Positions 56,147 to 64,000 of a stretch of 64,000 nucleotides of DNA are shown here, in pieces. The stretch lies in contig JACPHO010000001.1 in the NCBI GenBank assembly GCA_016188545.1, forward strand, positions 14,249 to 78,248, read 5' to 3'. How positions within the stretch are numbered: the first letter of the stretch is position 1; each line of letters starts with the position of its first letter. A program made the translations under genes and the position numbers. The notes below the pieces were generated by a model. It was not told where the DNA came from. It worked only from the letters and a program-made list of their open reading frames with translations, and did no database searches. This stretch comes from Candidatus Shapirobacteria bacterium. GTDB taxonomy: Bacteria; Patescibacteriota; Microgenomatia; UBA12405.

Positions 56147-57253
56147 ATGAATTATCCTCAGTTCTCTTCCGAATCTGTCTGTGAAGGTCATCCCGATAAA
56201 GTTTGCGATCAAATCGCCGATGCCATTCTCGATGCCGCTTATACCATTGACCCCAAAGCTCGTGTAGCCTCTGAGGTTTTGGCAACAGCCAATAAATTAG
56301 TTCTGGCTGGTGAAATCACTGTAAACGGTGAACTAGACTTCGAAGCCATTGCTCGCAAAAAGATTGCAGAGTTAGATTATCTAGATCCTGTTCTGCAGTT
56401 CACTGACAAATCAGACATTGAGGTATTTATCCACAAACAATCACCAGACATCGCTCAAGGTGTCGATGCTGGTGGTGCAGGTGATCAGGGAATGATGTTT
56501 GGTTATGCCTGCAAAGAGACTCCTGAACTAATGCCCCTGCCTATTTCTATGTCTCACAGTCTGGCTAGAAAAATGGATGAATTGCAACGTATTCACCGCT
56601 GGTTACGTCCCGACGGTAAGTCACAAGTAACTGTCAGGTACGATGGTCAAACACCTTCCGTTATCGAACAAGTAGTGCTTGCCAAACCAATAAATTATGC
56701 AGCTGCTCCCCAAGATTATGCGCATTTCTTTTATGAGAATGTAGTTGTACCGGTCTTATCGGAATACGGATTTTCCGTTACCGAAGGTAAAATGATCCTA
56801 AACGGCACTGGTAAGTGGGAAATCGGTGGACCATTCTCAGACACTGGCGTAACCAATCGAAAAATTGTCGTCGACACTTTTGGAGGTATGGGAAGAATCG
56901 GTGGGGGTGGATTATCCGGTAAAGATACCACCAAAGTTGATCGCAGTGGGGTTTACGCTGCCCGTTATTTAGCCAAAAATGTAGTCGCTGCTGGTCTTGC
57001 TGATCGCTGCGAAGTCCAGTTAGCTTATGCCATCGGACAAGTCCAACCTGTCGGTAAAGCCATCGAAACATTTGGTACTGCCCGTTCCGAACAAAAAGTA
57101 ATTGAAGATTTCGCCTGGCAACTCCTCGACCTTTCTGTTGCTGGTATCAATGAAGGACTTTCTCTCCGTGTACCTATTTACCAAAAAACTGCTCGTTATG
57201 GACACTTTGGCAACAAAGATTATCCTTGGGAAAAGATTATCGCATCTCAATAA
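56147..57253 (+). CDS. metK: S-adenosylmethionine synthetase
   Basis: SESVCEGHPDK, GAGDQG, RPDGKSQ, GGG.SGKD.TKVDRS; ATG 56147 follows AAAGGA. Confidence 0.97.
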   Translation: MNYPQFSSESVCEGHPDKVCDQIADAILDAAYTIDPKARVASEVLATANKLVLAGEITVNGELDFEAIARKKIAELDYLDPVLQFTDKSDIEVFIHKQSPDIAQGVDAGGAGDQGMMFGYACKETPELMPLPISMSHSLARKMDELQRIHRWLRPDGKSQVTVRYDGQTPSVIEQVVLAKPINYAAAPQDYAHFFYENVVVPVLSEYGFSVTEGKMILNGTGKWEIGGPFSDTGVTNRKIVVDTFGGMGRIGGGGLSGKDTTKVDRSGVYAARYLAKNVVAAGLADRCEVQLAYAIGQVQPVGKAIETFGTARSEQKVIEDFAWQLLDLSVAGINEGLSLRVPIYQKTARYGHFGNKDYPWEKIIASQ

Positions 57254-57291
57254 TACAACTATAGGATATTTGTGATATAATCTGCCCAATT

Positions 57292-57924
57292 ATGGGCTTT
57301 CGTCAATGGGTTGATCAACAGGGTAGACCGCTAATCCGCCGTTCATATGAACATGGCATTGGTTTGATCGTCACCCACGAAAACCGATATTTGTTCACTA
57401 TTGGCCACGAGCGTTTCTGGACACTAAGTATTGACCCCCCTGAAGTCACTTATTCTGCTTGTGGCGGACATCGTGAATTCGGTGAGTCATTTCCTCAATG
57501 TGCTCAACGCGAAGGCAGCGAAGAACTCGGGATTGAGGTGGAGTTGATTCCGTCACCAGAGACGGTATTTTATAGATTCCGAACTGATGACACTGAAAAA
57601 GTAGGCATAAGGGACACCTGTGCACCTTGGTTGATTTACGATATGCCGGTCAGACGTAATTTTGGCTATTCAGTCTGCGTTTATCCAGCTAGACTTAGCT
57701 CCACTCCGTTTCCATCACGCGAAGTCCCGGCGCTGTTATATTTAACTCCACAACAGGTGGTAGATACGATTGATCGTCCTCTCGATGAATTTCTCCGTTC
57801 TGGCGCAGAAATCGTCGAACAGCGTCCAGTACCAAGAAATGCTATCATCAAACCATTCGGGACAGCCAGAATCCTTAAAGGATATACGTCAAATCAACTT
57901 CCACTAATTTCATCAATCACCTAA
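57292..57924 (+). CDS. Nudix hydrolase
   Basis: GGHREFGESFPQCAQREGSEELG. Confidence 0.85.
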   Translation: MGFRQWVDQQGRPLIRRSYEHGIGLIVTHENRYLFTIGHERFWTLSIDPPEVTYSACGGHREFGESFPQCAQREGSEELGIEVELIPSPETVFYRFRTDDTEKVGIRDTCAPWLIYDMPVRRNFGYSVCVYPARLSSTPFPSREVPALLYLTPQQVVDTIDRPLDEFLRSGAEIVEQRPVPRNAIIKPFGTARILKGYTSNQLPLISSIT

Positions 57925-57930
57925 AATCTG

Positions 57931-59760
57931 ATGACAACCTCCCCCCTCAACCAGGCTTATCTAAGCCAACTGGATATTTATTTAAAAAATGAGGAGATAA
58001 TCTCTCCCTCTGAGCCGGTACCATCCCCAGGGCAACCATCTTTTTGTTTAGGTTACCCTGACACCTACGAACATGGCCTACCCAACCTAGGTATCAGCAT
58101 ACTTTCTCAACTATTAACCAAAAACGGTGCCACAATTAGCCGCGCATATTTACCAGACCTAGATAAATATTCAGTCAGCGAACTGTTGCCAATCGAGAAA
58201 GCTAATAATGGAAACAGGATACCGGTTTGTGACCACAATATCGTCTCATTTAACATCTCATTTGAAACACTCGGTCCAAATGTACTAACAATGCTCAAAC
58301 TTTCCAATATACCCATATTAGCTGTCGACAGAGACGAAGGCATCCCATTCAAACAGGAAAAGTATCCCATTGTCATTGGCTCAGGTGCTGTTGTAAGTTA
58401 CAACCCAGCACCATTTTGGCCATTTTTTGACCTGATTACAATTGGTGATGGGGAAGTCATGATCAAAGGGATACTTGATGTTTGGCGTGAGGGGTATATA
58501 GCAGGCTGGAGCAGAAAAGTGTTGTTAAAAAAGTTAGCCATCAATGTCCCTGGAGTATATGTACCGTCACTCTATGATGTTGAGTTTGTGAATGGGATCA
58601 CCAAAACACATCAATCTACAAATCCTGGTGATGGACTTTCACCACCAGTACGGCAAAAAACTGAAAACCTTGATGCTGATTTATCCAGAACCATATATTC
58701 CTCAACTTTGACCGTTTATGGCACAAAATCAATTTCTTTGGAAGTAGCTCGTGGCTGTCCTGGGGGTTGTCGTTTTTGTTACATGGGCAACTATCTCCGA
58801 CCTTCAAGATTCATGACTGTTAAAGACATTAAGAAATGGGTAGTGCTTGCTCGCGACCAACAACTTACATTAAGACTGTTTTATGAGGCACTCCCCCCAA
58901 AACTGTTTGAAGAAATGTTTGTGATGCTCGACCGCGAAATCCACGATATGCGCCTCAACCTCGGATCTTTTAGAGTTGATCAGCTGAGTGAGCAAGCCGT
59001 TCGTGTAGCAGGAAAAGGGAAATTGCAGTGTTTGATTGTTGCTCCGGAAACAACCAGCGCACTCAGGCCAGTCATTAACAAGAAAACCATTACCGACGAC
59101 CATATTTTTCAAGCGGTCGAATGGTCGCATCGATATGGTATCCCAAATTTTGGTCTCTATCTAATGATCGGACTTCCAACTGAAACCATCGACGATATTA
59201 CCGATCTCGCTGACCTTGCCATAAAAACCCGCCAGAAAATGAACGAAGTTGGCAATTCAGCTGGTATTATGGAAGTTCATATGAACACTTTCTTCCCCAA
59301 ACCATGGACACCCTTACAGTGGACTGAAGTTGACCTGGAACAGTCCAAGGTCAAACTAACCAAATTTATTAGTCGACTATGCGATAAGGGGATTAATGTT
59401 CACCATGATGAAATTAAAACAGTTACCGTCGGTGGTGGTGATATCCGCGAACAGTTCAATACCAACACTATTGTTATCAAAACAGTCATCGGTGGTGATG
59501 CTGAGTTTATCCAAACGATGATCGTTCGGGGAGATCGACGAATGGCCTTAGCCCTAAAGACTTTTTGTGACAACAATGGCAAAACCTCACGGGATTATAT
59601 CAATGCTATGAAAGTCCATGGTTTATCTCCTCATGAATACCTCCGCGAGCGAAGCCTTACCGAAGTTCTCCCTTGGGACTTCATAAATACAGGTATAAAT
59701 CGTAGGTTCTTGGAATTTGAGTGGAACAACGCCAATAAAGATAGATCACCACGAGAATAA
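57931..59760 (+). CDS. Radical SAM protein (COG1032/TIGR03960-like)
   Basis: YPDTYE.G..NLG, NPAP...FFD...IGDGE, RGCPGGCRFC, APE, MIGLPTE, PKPWTP.QW, LPWD. Confidence 0.9.
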   Translation: MTTSPLNQAYLSQLDIYLKNEEIISPSEPVPSPGQPSFCLGYPDTYEHGLPNLGISILSQLLTKNGATISRAYLPDLDKYSVSELLPIEKANNGNRIPVCDHNIVSFNISFETLGPNVLTMLKLSNIPILAVDRDEGIPFKQEKYPIVIGSGAVVSYNPAPFWPFFDLITIGDGEVMIKGILDVWREGYIAGWSRKVLLKKLAINVPGVYVPSLYDVEFVNGITKTHQSTNPGDGLSPPVRQKTENLDADLSRTIYSSTLTVYGTKSISLEVARGCPGGCRFCYMGNYLRPSRFMTVKDIKKWVVLARDQQLTLRLFYEALPPKLFEEMFVMLDREIHDMRLNLGSFRVDQLSEQAVRVAGKGKLQCLIVAPETTSALRPVINKKTITDDHIFQAVEWSHRYGIPNFGLYLMIGLPTETIDDITDLADLAIKTRQKMNEVGNSAGIMEVHMNTFFPKPWTPLQWTEVDLEQSKVKLTKFISRLCDKGINVHHDEIKTVTVGGGDIREQFNTNTIVIKTVIGGDAEFIQTMIVRGDRRMALALKTFCDNNGKTSRDYINAMKVHGLSPHEYLRERSLTEVLPWDFINTGINRRFLEFEWNNANKDRSPRE

Positions 59761-59780
59761 CTTTTTGCTATCATTCCTCT

Positions 59781-60197
59781 ATGAAAGTATCTGTCTACAC
59801 CGACGGCGGTTCTCGCGGCAATCCTGGTCATTCTGGCTTTGGAGTCGTCATCTATGATGAGAAAAAGCAGATTGTCGCCAAACTCTCCAAATATATTGGT
59901 ATAAGAACTAATAATGAAGCAGAATATTCGGCCCTAATTGATTCATTATTATGGCTCAGAGACAACTCGACACTCCACTCTATCTCTGCAGCCACTTTTT
60001 ATTCAGATTCTCAGTTGATGGTTCGTCAGCTTCAGGGCAAATACAAAGTTAAAGCGCAAAACATCAAACCATTATTTAATCAGGCAAAATCTTTACTCGA
60101 TAGTTTAAAATTAACTTATCAGTTCAGTGATATCCCTCGCGAGCAAAATTCACTGGCTGATTCTCTTGCAAACCAAGCAATGGATAGAAAATCATGA
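59781..60197 (+). CDS. rnhA: Ribonuclease HI
   Basis: TDGGSRGNPG, TNNEAEY, SDSQL, PRE.N..AD.LAN. Confidence 0.95.
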   Translation: MKVSVYTDGGSRGNPGHSGFGVVIYDEKKQIVAKLSKYIGIRTNNEAEYSALIDSLLWLRDNSTLHSISAATFYSDSQLMVRQLQGKYKVKAQNIKPLFNQAKSLLDSLKLTYQFSDIPREQNSLADSLANQAMDRKS

Positions 60198-61933
60198 AAT
60201 TATCTCCACCCATACTAATCAAAAAAACCTTTTTTTACTTTTTATTTTTTACTTTTGTTGCTTTTTTAATTTTTTCTTTGCCTTTAGTTTTTGGTTTTGG
60301 CAAAACCGGCAAAAACACCCAAATTCTTGGCAAAGACTATTCACTTCTTTCAAAAACAGAAATAATCTCCCGTCTCAAGTCAGACTTCCCTCTTCCGGAA
60401 ACTTTAGTAATCACTAACCCACCCCGTACCTTCGATCTTAGGTTATCGAGTATCAATGCCAGTATCGACTACAACCAACTCGCCTCAGATTTACTTTTTC
60501 GCCGCCTTAAAAGTGGAATTCTACAATACTTTCAAGCTTTTTTTGAACCAAAAAACTTTTCACTTGAAGTTTTAATTCGTGAAGATGAGCTCGACAAACA
60601 ACTCGCTGATATCACCCAACAAATCGACCGACCCTTTGTTCCCTCCCAACTTTACCTCGAGGACAAAAAATCAACTATCACGATAAAAGGCGGTGAGCTG
60701 GGACAAAAGGTAGATCAAACTGAACTAAAAAATCAAATTATTTCTTCTTTAAATTATTATCAAATTAATTCGCCAATTAATTTACCTATCGATCCGGTTG
60801 GGAGTCTTCCCTCAGAGGAAGAGATTACGCGGGCAAAAGCAGCAGCTCAAAATCTTATTGGCAAGCAACTGGAATACACCTCACCTGACCAAACAGTCAC
60901 CCTCGATGACAACACGCTCATCTCTTGGATCGACTTTAGCAACACTTGTCGTGGTTCTGCAGTTACCGATTACGTAGTTAGTCTCAAGTCCAGTTTAAAA
61001 AGGGATCCGATTGAAGCCGTCTTCAAATTTGAGAACGGTAAGGTTCTGGAATTTAAACCATCTCAAAACGGATATCTCCTTGATGACTCCGGATTAACCC
61101 AACAAATTTGTTCAAATATCGTCGAGTTAACCCAAACATCAGAAAAAGTTATTAAAAATAAATTTCCCACGATTACTCTCGAAGCTAAAACCGAAAATTC
61201 CGATGTCAACAACTTTGGCATCAAAGAATTGCTTGGTAGTGGTACCTCCACCTTCAAGCATAGTAGCGCCATACGAAATATGAATGTCGAGAGGGGAGCC
61301 TCTATTGTCAACCGAATTTTGGTCGCACCAGGCGAAACATTTTCTTTCGTCAAAGCCCTTGGCGATGTTTCCATTGAAAATGGTTACAAGATGGCCTATG
61401 TCATTCGAGCCGGCAAAACCGAGTTGGATGTCGGTGGCGGTATCTGCCAAGTCTCCACCACTTTCTTCCGGGCTCTTCTCAATTCCGGTCTAAACATCAC
61501 CAATCGCCAAAATCACGCTTATCGTGTCCAATATTACGAAGAAGACATGCCCCCGGGTTACGATGCCACCGTCTTTATCCCCAACCCAGATTTAAAATTC
61601 GTCAACGATACCGGTCATCATATTCTCATTCAGAGCAAATATGATGGCAAAGAAAAACGCCTTACCTACGACATATATGGTACTTCAGATGGTCGCAAAA
61701 CTGAGATAAATAACTATCGTCAGTGGGGTGCTGCTCCAGCTCCTCCGACAGTCTATATCGATGATCCAACACTAGCCCCCGGAAAAGTAATTCAAGACGA
61801 ACACGCCATTCCCGGTCTAAAAACTTCCTTTGACTGGAAAGTCACTCGTGAAGGACAGATCATTCATCAAAAAACATTTAGTAGTTCCTACGCCCCTTGG
61901 GCCGCCGTCTTCCGACGAGGTCCTCAAATATAA
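60194..61933 (+). CDS. VanW-family protein with peptidoglycan-binding repeats
   Basis: PGETFSF, GGGICQVSTT, R.NH, DATV, DLKF.ND. Confidence 0.92.
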   Translation: MKLSPPILIKKTFFYFLFFTFVAFLIFSLPLVFGFGKTGKNTQILGKDYSLLSKTEIISRLKSDFPLPETLVITNPPRTFDLRLSSINASIDYNQLASDLLFRRLKSGILQYFQAFFEPKNFSLEVLIREDELDKQLADITQQIDRPFVPSQLYLEDKKSTITIKGGELGQKVDQTELKNQIISSLNYYQINSPINLPIDPVGSLPSEEEITRAKAAAQNLIGKQLEYTSPDQTVTLDDNTLISWIDFSNTCRGSAVTDYVVSLKSSLKRDPIEAVFKFENGKVLEFKPSQNGYLLDDSGLTQQICSNIVELTQTSEKVIKNKFPTITLEAKTENSDVNNFGIKELLGSGTSTFKHSSAIRNMNVERGASIVNRILVAPGETFSFVKALGDVSIENGYKMAYVIRAGKTELDVGGGICQVSTTFFRALLNSGLNITNRQNHAYRVQYYEEDMPPGYDATVFIPNPDLKFVNDTGHHILIQSKYDGKEKRLTYDIYGTSDGRKTEINNYRQWGAAPAPPTVYIDDPTLAPGKVIQDEHAIPGLKTSFDWKVTREGQIIHQKTFSSSYAPWAAVFRRGPQI

Positions 61934-61943
61934 TTAACAATTA

Positions 61944-62594
61944 TTAATTAAGTTTATGTTCAGGGTTAACTTGTTTACTAGCTTTCGCCAACCAAGGACT
62001 AGGTCTTTTTGTTCCTCTCTTATATGATTCTTTGATCTCACTTATAAGGTTAGGTATGAATGGCAGTTCAATTTTTTCCACAATATTTAAGGTATTAAAC
62101 CAAATCATTTCCCAGCCTTCATGGTTATAACCCAAGTACTTCCACTCCTGCATTTCCAGTAGGTACGCCACCCAATCAGCTGTCTTAATTATTTGTTTTT
62201 CTTTGTCATTCAAATTTGATTTATACAAATCAATATCTACTTCTTCTTTTATCGACTCCAATATTTCTTCCATCGCCTTGTCTCCAGCTTTACCAACTTC
62301 CTCTCGGATATTAATTCCCCAAAAACTAGCATAACTTGGACTACCAGCTGGGATATCACCAACAATCATTTCTCTCCAATCGTGTGTCAAGGCATATCTC
62401 AATACTTTTTCCACCGACACTTCTTTGTCGCCCAGTACGTCGGCAAACAACATCGCCAAGTAGGTTACAGAGTAAGAATGTTCAGCAATCGAAAGGTTCA
62501 TGCTTGTCGGAAGTCCTATTGCCAAGTTGCCTCCGGCTCGTTTAATCCTATTCAAATTTTGTAAATTTTGTGCCAATTCAAATATTTTCTTCAT
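61944..62594 (-). CDS. HD-domain phosphohydrolase (YfbR/5'-deoxynucleotidase-like)
   Basis: SIAEHSY, HDW.E..VGDIP, K.AD. Confidence 0.88.
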   Translation of the reverse strand: MKKIFELAQNLQNLNRIKRAGGNLAIGLPTSMNLSIAEHSYSVTYLAMLFADVLGDKEVSVEKVLRYALTHDWREMIVGDIPAGSPSYASFWGINIREEVGKAGDKAMEEILESIKEEVDIDLYKSNLNDKEKQIIKTADWVAYLLEMQEWKYLGYNHEGWEMIWFNTLNIVEKIELPFIPNLISEIKESYKRGTKRPSPWLAKASKQVNPEHKLN

Positions 62595-62629
62595 TCTCTA
62601 TTATACCAATACTCATCTTGAATCGACTC

Positions 62630-62998
62630 TTACCTTTTTATCCAAGCCGCAGATATAACAGTCGGATGTACTTTACCAAAATGACTCAAATTTTGTCTTT
62701 TTACCCACGCCTTTTCAAAAGAGTCGTACACCATTACCACAGGTCCAACACCGGGAATGTCAATTGTTTTATTCAGCTCAACCATTTGGGAATGGCCAAC
62801 ACTTTGCGCTTGCAACCTTGTTTCTTCAACGACTCTCTCTACCACAAATTTCCCCGTGCCTAGTTTTTCCTTCATTCCTACCTCTATCTCAACCTCTTGT
62901 CCAACTTCAACCCTTGGCAATCTCATTGGGTCTGCTAACACGGATGCTGTAATCGGATCAACTCGACCATCCAGATCTTTTAAATGCAGTTGTTTCAT
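62630..62998 (-). CDS. Hypothetical protein
   Basis: 122 aa ORF with TACAAT 7 nt upstream of ATG. Confidence 0.6.
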   Translation of the reverse strand: MKQLHLKDLDGRVDPITASVLADPMRLPRVEVGQEVEIEVGMKEKLGTGKFVVERVVEETRLQAQSVGHSQMVELNKTIDIPGVGPVVMVYDSFEKAWVKRQNLSHFGKVHPTVISAAWIKR

Positions 62999-63109
62999 GA
63001 CCTATATTGTACAAACTGTTACTATTTTAGTCAATTATCTGCCACTAACTTATATCAAACTCCGCCACTTTGCCAAAACTCAAATATTTTTTTCATAATG
63101 TATCACACA

Positions 63110-63457
63110 TCACAATCTCGATGACTTCAATATTGCAGCAATTATTCTCGCCAACTCATCACAACAACCAATTGTTTCTTTGGCTACTTTTTCATCAATA
63201 TATTTCGTCTCTCGCAGTAATTTTAGCCAATAAATTGTCTCCCTTGTTTCTTTGTATGCTATTGAAAACTTAGAAACAAAATCTTTTTTACTTTGTCCTC
63301 CAATAGCCTCTTCCACATTTGCCCCAATTGATGTTCCCGATCTCAACATCTGTTTTGATAACACAAACTCCTTCTTACTCTCTGCCAAATGTTTATATAA
63401 GTTTATTATTTTTACAGCAAATTCAAAGCTCTTTTTTTGAACAATATTTTCTTTCAC
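63110..63457 (-). CDS. Four-helix-bundle protein (23S rRNA IVP / Avd-like family)
   Basis: KSFEFA..II.LY, KQ.LRSGTSIGANVEEA, SK.DF..K..IA.KE..ET.YWL. Confidence 0.93.
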   Translation of the reverse strand: MKENIVQKKSFEFAVKIINLYKHLAESKKEFVLSKQMLRSGTSIGANVEEAIGGQSKKDFVSKFSIAYKETRETIYWLKLLRETKYIDEKVAKETIGCCDELARIIAAILKSSRL

Positions 63458-63475
63458 ACAAAAAATTGTATACTC

Positions 63476-63535
63476 TTTCCAGAATTCCTAATTTTTACCC
63501 GCCCGTGGCGGGCCTAATTCCTAATTCCTAATTCC
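63476..63535. repeat. Heptamer array (AATTCCT) interrupted by a CCCGCC-CGT-GGCGGG palindrome
   Basis: AATTCCT units upstream of the four-helix-bundle gene, overlapping the tsaD stop. Confidence 0.8.
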
Positions 63536-64000
63536 ATCCTCGGATCTCTATCCAGTGTCTCCGGATCAGCCCACTCTTCTCTTTTGGCCATTTCCCACCC
63601 CACTCGGCCAATCATCGCCGCATTGTCGGTATTCAGCCATTTTTTAACAGGCATATATATCATTAGTCCTTTTTTCTTAGCCAACCTCCGCAGTTTTTTT
63701 CGCAAATCCATATTCGCTAGTACTCCACCAGACGCCATCAAAGTTTTCGGTTGAAATCTATCAATTGCCAAGTCAAATTTTCGTAATAATGTCTCAAACA
63801 CTGACTCTTGAAAAGTTGCCGCCAAGTTCCCTAGGTTTTTATTCACCTCTTCTTTAGGCCAATCTTTTATTTTGTAATAGAAACTGGTTTTCAGTCCGGA
63901 AAAGCTATAATCCAATATTTTTTTATCAGCCAGTGGTTTTGGCAGGGGAATAAAATCAGTTTTAGCTCCCTTGGCTAGTCGTTCAATTACTGGACCCCCA
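63514..64000 (-). CDS. tsaD: tRNA t6A biosynthesis protein TsaD (5' end outside window)
   Basis: DYSFSGLKT, A.FQ, SGGV.AN..LR, TDNAAMIG. Confidence 0.93.
   Translation of the reverse strand, partial: GGPVIERLAKGAKTDFIPLPKPLADKKILDYSFSGLKTSFYYKIKDWPKEEVNKNLGNLAATFQESVFETLLRKFDLAIDRFQPKTLMASGGVLANMDLRKKLRRLAKKKGLMIYMPVKKWLNTDNAAMIGRVGWEMAKREEWADPETLDRDPRMELGIRN

Noticed and set aside
44954-63457. Diversity-generating retroelement suggested by Avd-like proteins
   Set aside because: No reverse transcriptase and no TR/VR pair with adenine-specific mismatches seen. The 2173/2498 repeat differences are not A-restricted.
1-64000. UGA-to-Gly recoding (code 25)
   Set aside because: Conserved genes are full length in code 11, and TGA ends genes such as recF and tpiA.

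Overview
This is a 64 kb chromosomal segment of a Patescibacteria (CPR) bacterium. The divergent 16S, CPR-type pilins, archaeal-type TIM and C1:G72 tRNA-Tyr suggest Microgenomates (inference). It uses standard code 11. Housekeeping content: pentose-phosphate/glycolysis genes (split tkt, fba, PfkB, rpiB-pgk-gap-rpe, tpiA), cell-wall and glycosylation genes (two class A PBPs, GT2, GT-C, WecA-like, SpoIID, VanW, uppS), and nucleotide/DNA housekeeping (several Nudix, xth, recF, rnhA, nrdR, cdd, HD, HAD). RNA genes: a stand-alone 16S with an enlarged helix 6, tRNA-Cys, tRNA-Tyr and tmRNA, with smpB nearby. I found no CRISPR array, integrase, transposase or reverse transcriptase. Most interesting signals: (1) a tmRNA that has lost both alanine identity elements (A3:U70, U73) and encodes a 31-aa tag; (2) small GIY-YIG genes beside tRNA-Cys and tmRNA, with a relic copy of an earlier allele and GTAG/GAAG-tagged hairpins, suggesting a nuclease-plus-palindrome mobile system; (3) a miniaturised SAM-I-like riboswitch candidate before metK; (4) 7- and 9-nt tandem arrays beside four-helix-bundle genes and inside coding sequences; (5) a CarS-PgsA lipid operon; (6) widespread apparently leaderless and bidirectional promoters. 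All assignments are by eye from motifs; no searches were run.
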